64,000 nt of DNA, taken from positions 4,650,001-4,714,000 of the forward strand of contig OU015568.1 in NCBI GenBank assembly GCA_907165135.1, written 5' to 3'. The DNA is from Oikopleura dioica. Taxonomy: Eukaryota; Animalia; Chordata. Shown here in pieces: positions 62,172 through 64,000 of this stretch. The notes under the pieces were generated by a model, which had not been told where the DNA came from, searched no databases, and saw only the letters and a list, made by a program, of their open reading frames with translations. Position 1 is the first letter of the stretch, and each line of letters starts with the position of its first letter. A program made the translations under genes and the position numbers.

Positions 62172-62425
62172 GGGGTGTATCCCCTTAATTTTGAGCCGAA
62201 TTTTCAGAACCTCATTTATAAATTTTCTTCGGTAGAGCATAATTCTGATTTCTCAGTATCGAAAATAATAAATTTATAAATTATAAATTATCTAATAGAT
62301 CAATTTAAATGATATATTTGATAAATAACCAATTAAAGTATAATTGAAAATTGCTTTAACGAAGAAAGTTAATTGATGATGATTGAGATGCTTGAATTCG
62401 GCTCAAAATTAAGGGGATACACCTC
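62172..62425. mobile_element. MITE with GGTGTATCCCCTTAATTTTGAGCCGAATT TIRs
   Basis: About 30-bp near-perfect inverted ends around an AT-rich core. Confidence 0.75.
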
Positions 62426-63649
62426 ACTATATCAAAATTAATGTTTTTTATCATATTGATAATAATTTCTAATAAATTTATTCTCAAATTTTTCTCAAAA
62501 ATTATAATCCAAAACAAAAAAATTCTAAAAAATTTTCCCTATATTTAATACATCGTTTAGTACATCGTATTTCAAAAGTTCTAAAGTTCGCCTCGACTCC
62601 TCGATAAGTGATAAGCCCAACTCTTATCATTTCGCTCGACTTTCGAAAATCCCGTTTTTTCCTTCAATAACCCTTGTCCGAAGCTGCTCCACCAAGAATA
62701 GACCGCGCTTTATTTTTGGCGTTAAACACCACCGAGCTCGTTTTGTCAATTGTTGATTAGGCGGCACCACACCGCGCAGCGCGGCGCGGGCTGGTGCGTC
62801 AATCACGTGGGAAAAGTATTTCGCAATTTTCTCCCTCTCTTTTCGCGAAGGAAAAAGAGATCATCGTTGAAAAGAGCGAGAGAGAGAGAGACTCGCGCGC
62901 TACTACCACACCAGAAATAAAAAAAAATATAAGAAAGGAATTTACTTAAAAAAAGCTTCGTTTTTTCGCCTTTTCTGCTTTTTAACCTATTCATGCGCTT
63001 TTTAACCCACCGCAGCACGAAAAGAGAATAAAGGGAGAAAAGAAAAAGGTGATTGTTTTTGGCGAAAATGGGTGTGGTGACCCTAATTTCGAAATCGTTC
63101 TAGTTCGGTTATTGTGAAATGGAAAGTTTACAAATGATTTCGAACTCGTTGTCTTTTGTGAAATTCGCGAAATAACGAAATTTTGAAATTCGCAAGGATT
63201 TTGAAATACTACTAGACCAGAAAGTGGGGAAAGAATGTGGCATTCCGTTCCAATGTGCTTGAAAAAAACGTGACTAGGGGGAGGTCGCGGACGTAAGTTC
63301 AAACAATGTACAGTCCGATTGCGTAATTTGTCCTGTTTTCCAATTTCGGGGCTATTAAATTTCTGGCTTTCGCAATCAATCTCAAGGGAGGAAAAAAGAG
63401 ACAGTTTCCGGTTGAAAAATGGCCAAAATAATAACCATTTTGACGATCCATTTTTTCGTAATTGACCTTCTTCCTAAAGAATTAACCAAGTGACACCCTT
63501 ATCACAAAAATTCAAGCTTTCTAGTCAATCACATGCCTCTCTTCTTTACTTGTCTCTCATTGTTTCATCCTTTTTTCGTCTGTTCAGATTGCCCTAGACA
63601 TGAAAAACTCCGTCTGGCCAGGGCAGGGCGGTCTAATTTGCATTCTTGT

Positions 63650-64000
63650 AAATAATCTCGAAAATTTGCGAGATTAATCTTCTTTGGAAAAAGATTCTGG
63701 GATTAGTCAAGACTGGACTAGTTTCGAGATTAATCTTTTTAGCGAGGGTCGCGTGGCTCGGGGGAAAAATTTGGGTGGCGCTGGCGAGCTGTGAGCAGTG
63801 CGAGGCGGCGCGGACAAAATTTCAAGCTGCGCTCCAAGCATGTTTGAGTTTCATTTTTCTCTCGCGCCGTCGGCCATTGGTCCACCAATCACAGCGCGCG
63901 TTTCAAGATTATTTGAAATAATCTCGGAACTATTTCGAAAATTTCCCGAATTAATCTTTTTTATTCAAACAGACTAATCTCGCGTCGAGATTAATCTTAT
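63650..64000. repeat. Cluster of GAGATTAATCTT / TAATCTCG motifs around GC-rich sequence
   Basis: ATTAATCTT four times and TAATCTCG three times in 350 bp; runs off the window end. Confidence 0.6.

Noticed and set aside
1-64000. tRNA, rRNA, snRNA or spliced-leader RNA genes; autonomous transposase or reverse transcriptase
   Set aside because: No cloverleaf/T-loop pattern, rRNA-like stretch or DDE/RT motif was recognised by eye; a covariance-model and HMM scan would be needed to exclude them formally.

Overview
Compact, AT-rich eukaryotic genomic DNA with about 30 tightly packed genes, mostly 38-47 nt GT-AG introns, and several non-canonical GA-AG/GC-AG introns. This most resembles a larvacean tunicate such as Oikopleura (inference from architecture, not a database match). 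Recognisable genes: a WSCD-type WSC+sulfotransferase, a divergent Fos/ATF3-like bZIP, two head-to-head SLC33A1-like transporters, bifunctional AASS (LKR/SDH), two C2H2 zinc-finger genes, a RING protein, a PLA2-like secreted protein and a GH18+CBM14 chitinase. Lineage-specific genes include a head-to-head pair of secreted low-complexity/EF-hand proteins and four Cys-rich/kelch-like paralogs. The most striking structure lies in introns and insertions: (i) a hairpin MITE family with TGAGTCA-bearing arms sits in introns or exons, in two cases at sites where the paralog is uninterrupted; (ii) a 665-bp foldback element with an ATT target-site duplication (TSD) interrupts an otherwise intact coding exon; (iii) three long introns each hold a spliced antisense gene. 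Several single-base homopolymer deletions look like assembly errors. No rRNA, tRNA or CRISPR array was recognised. All gene models were spliced by eye.
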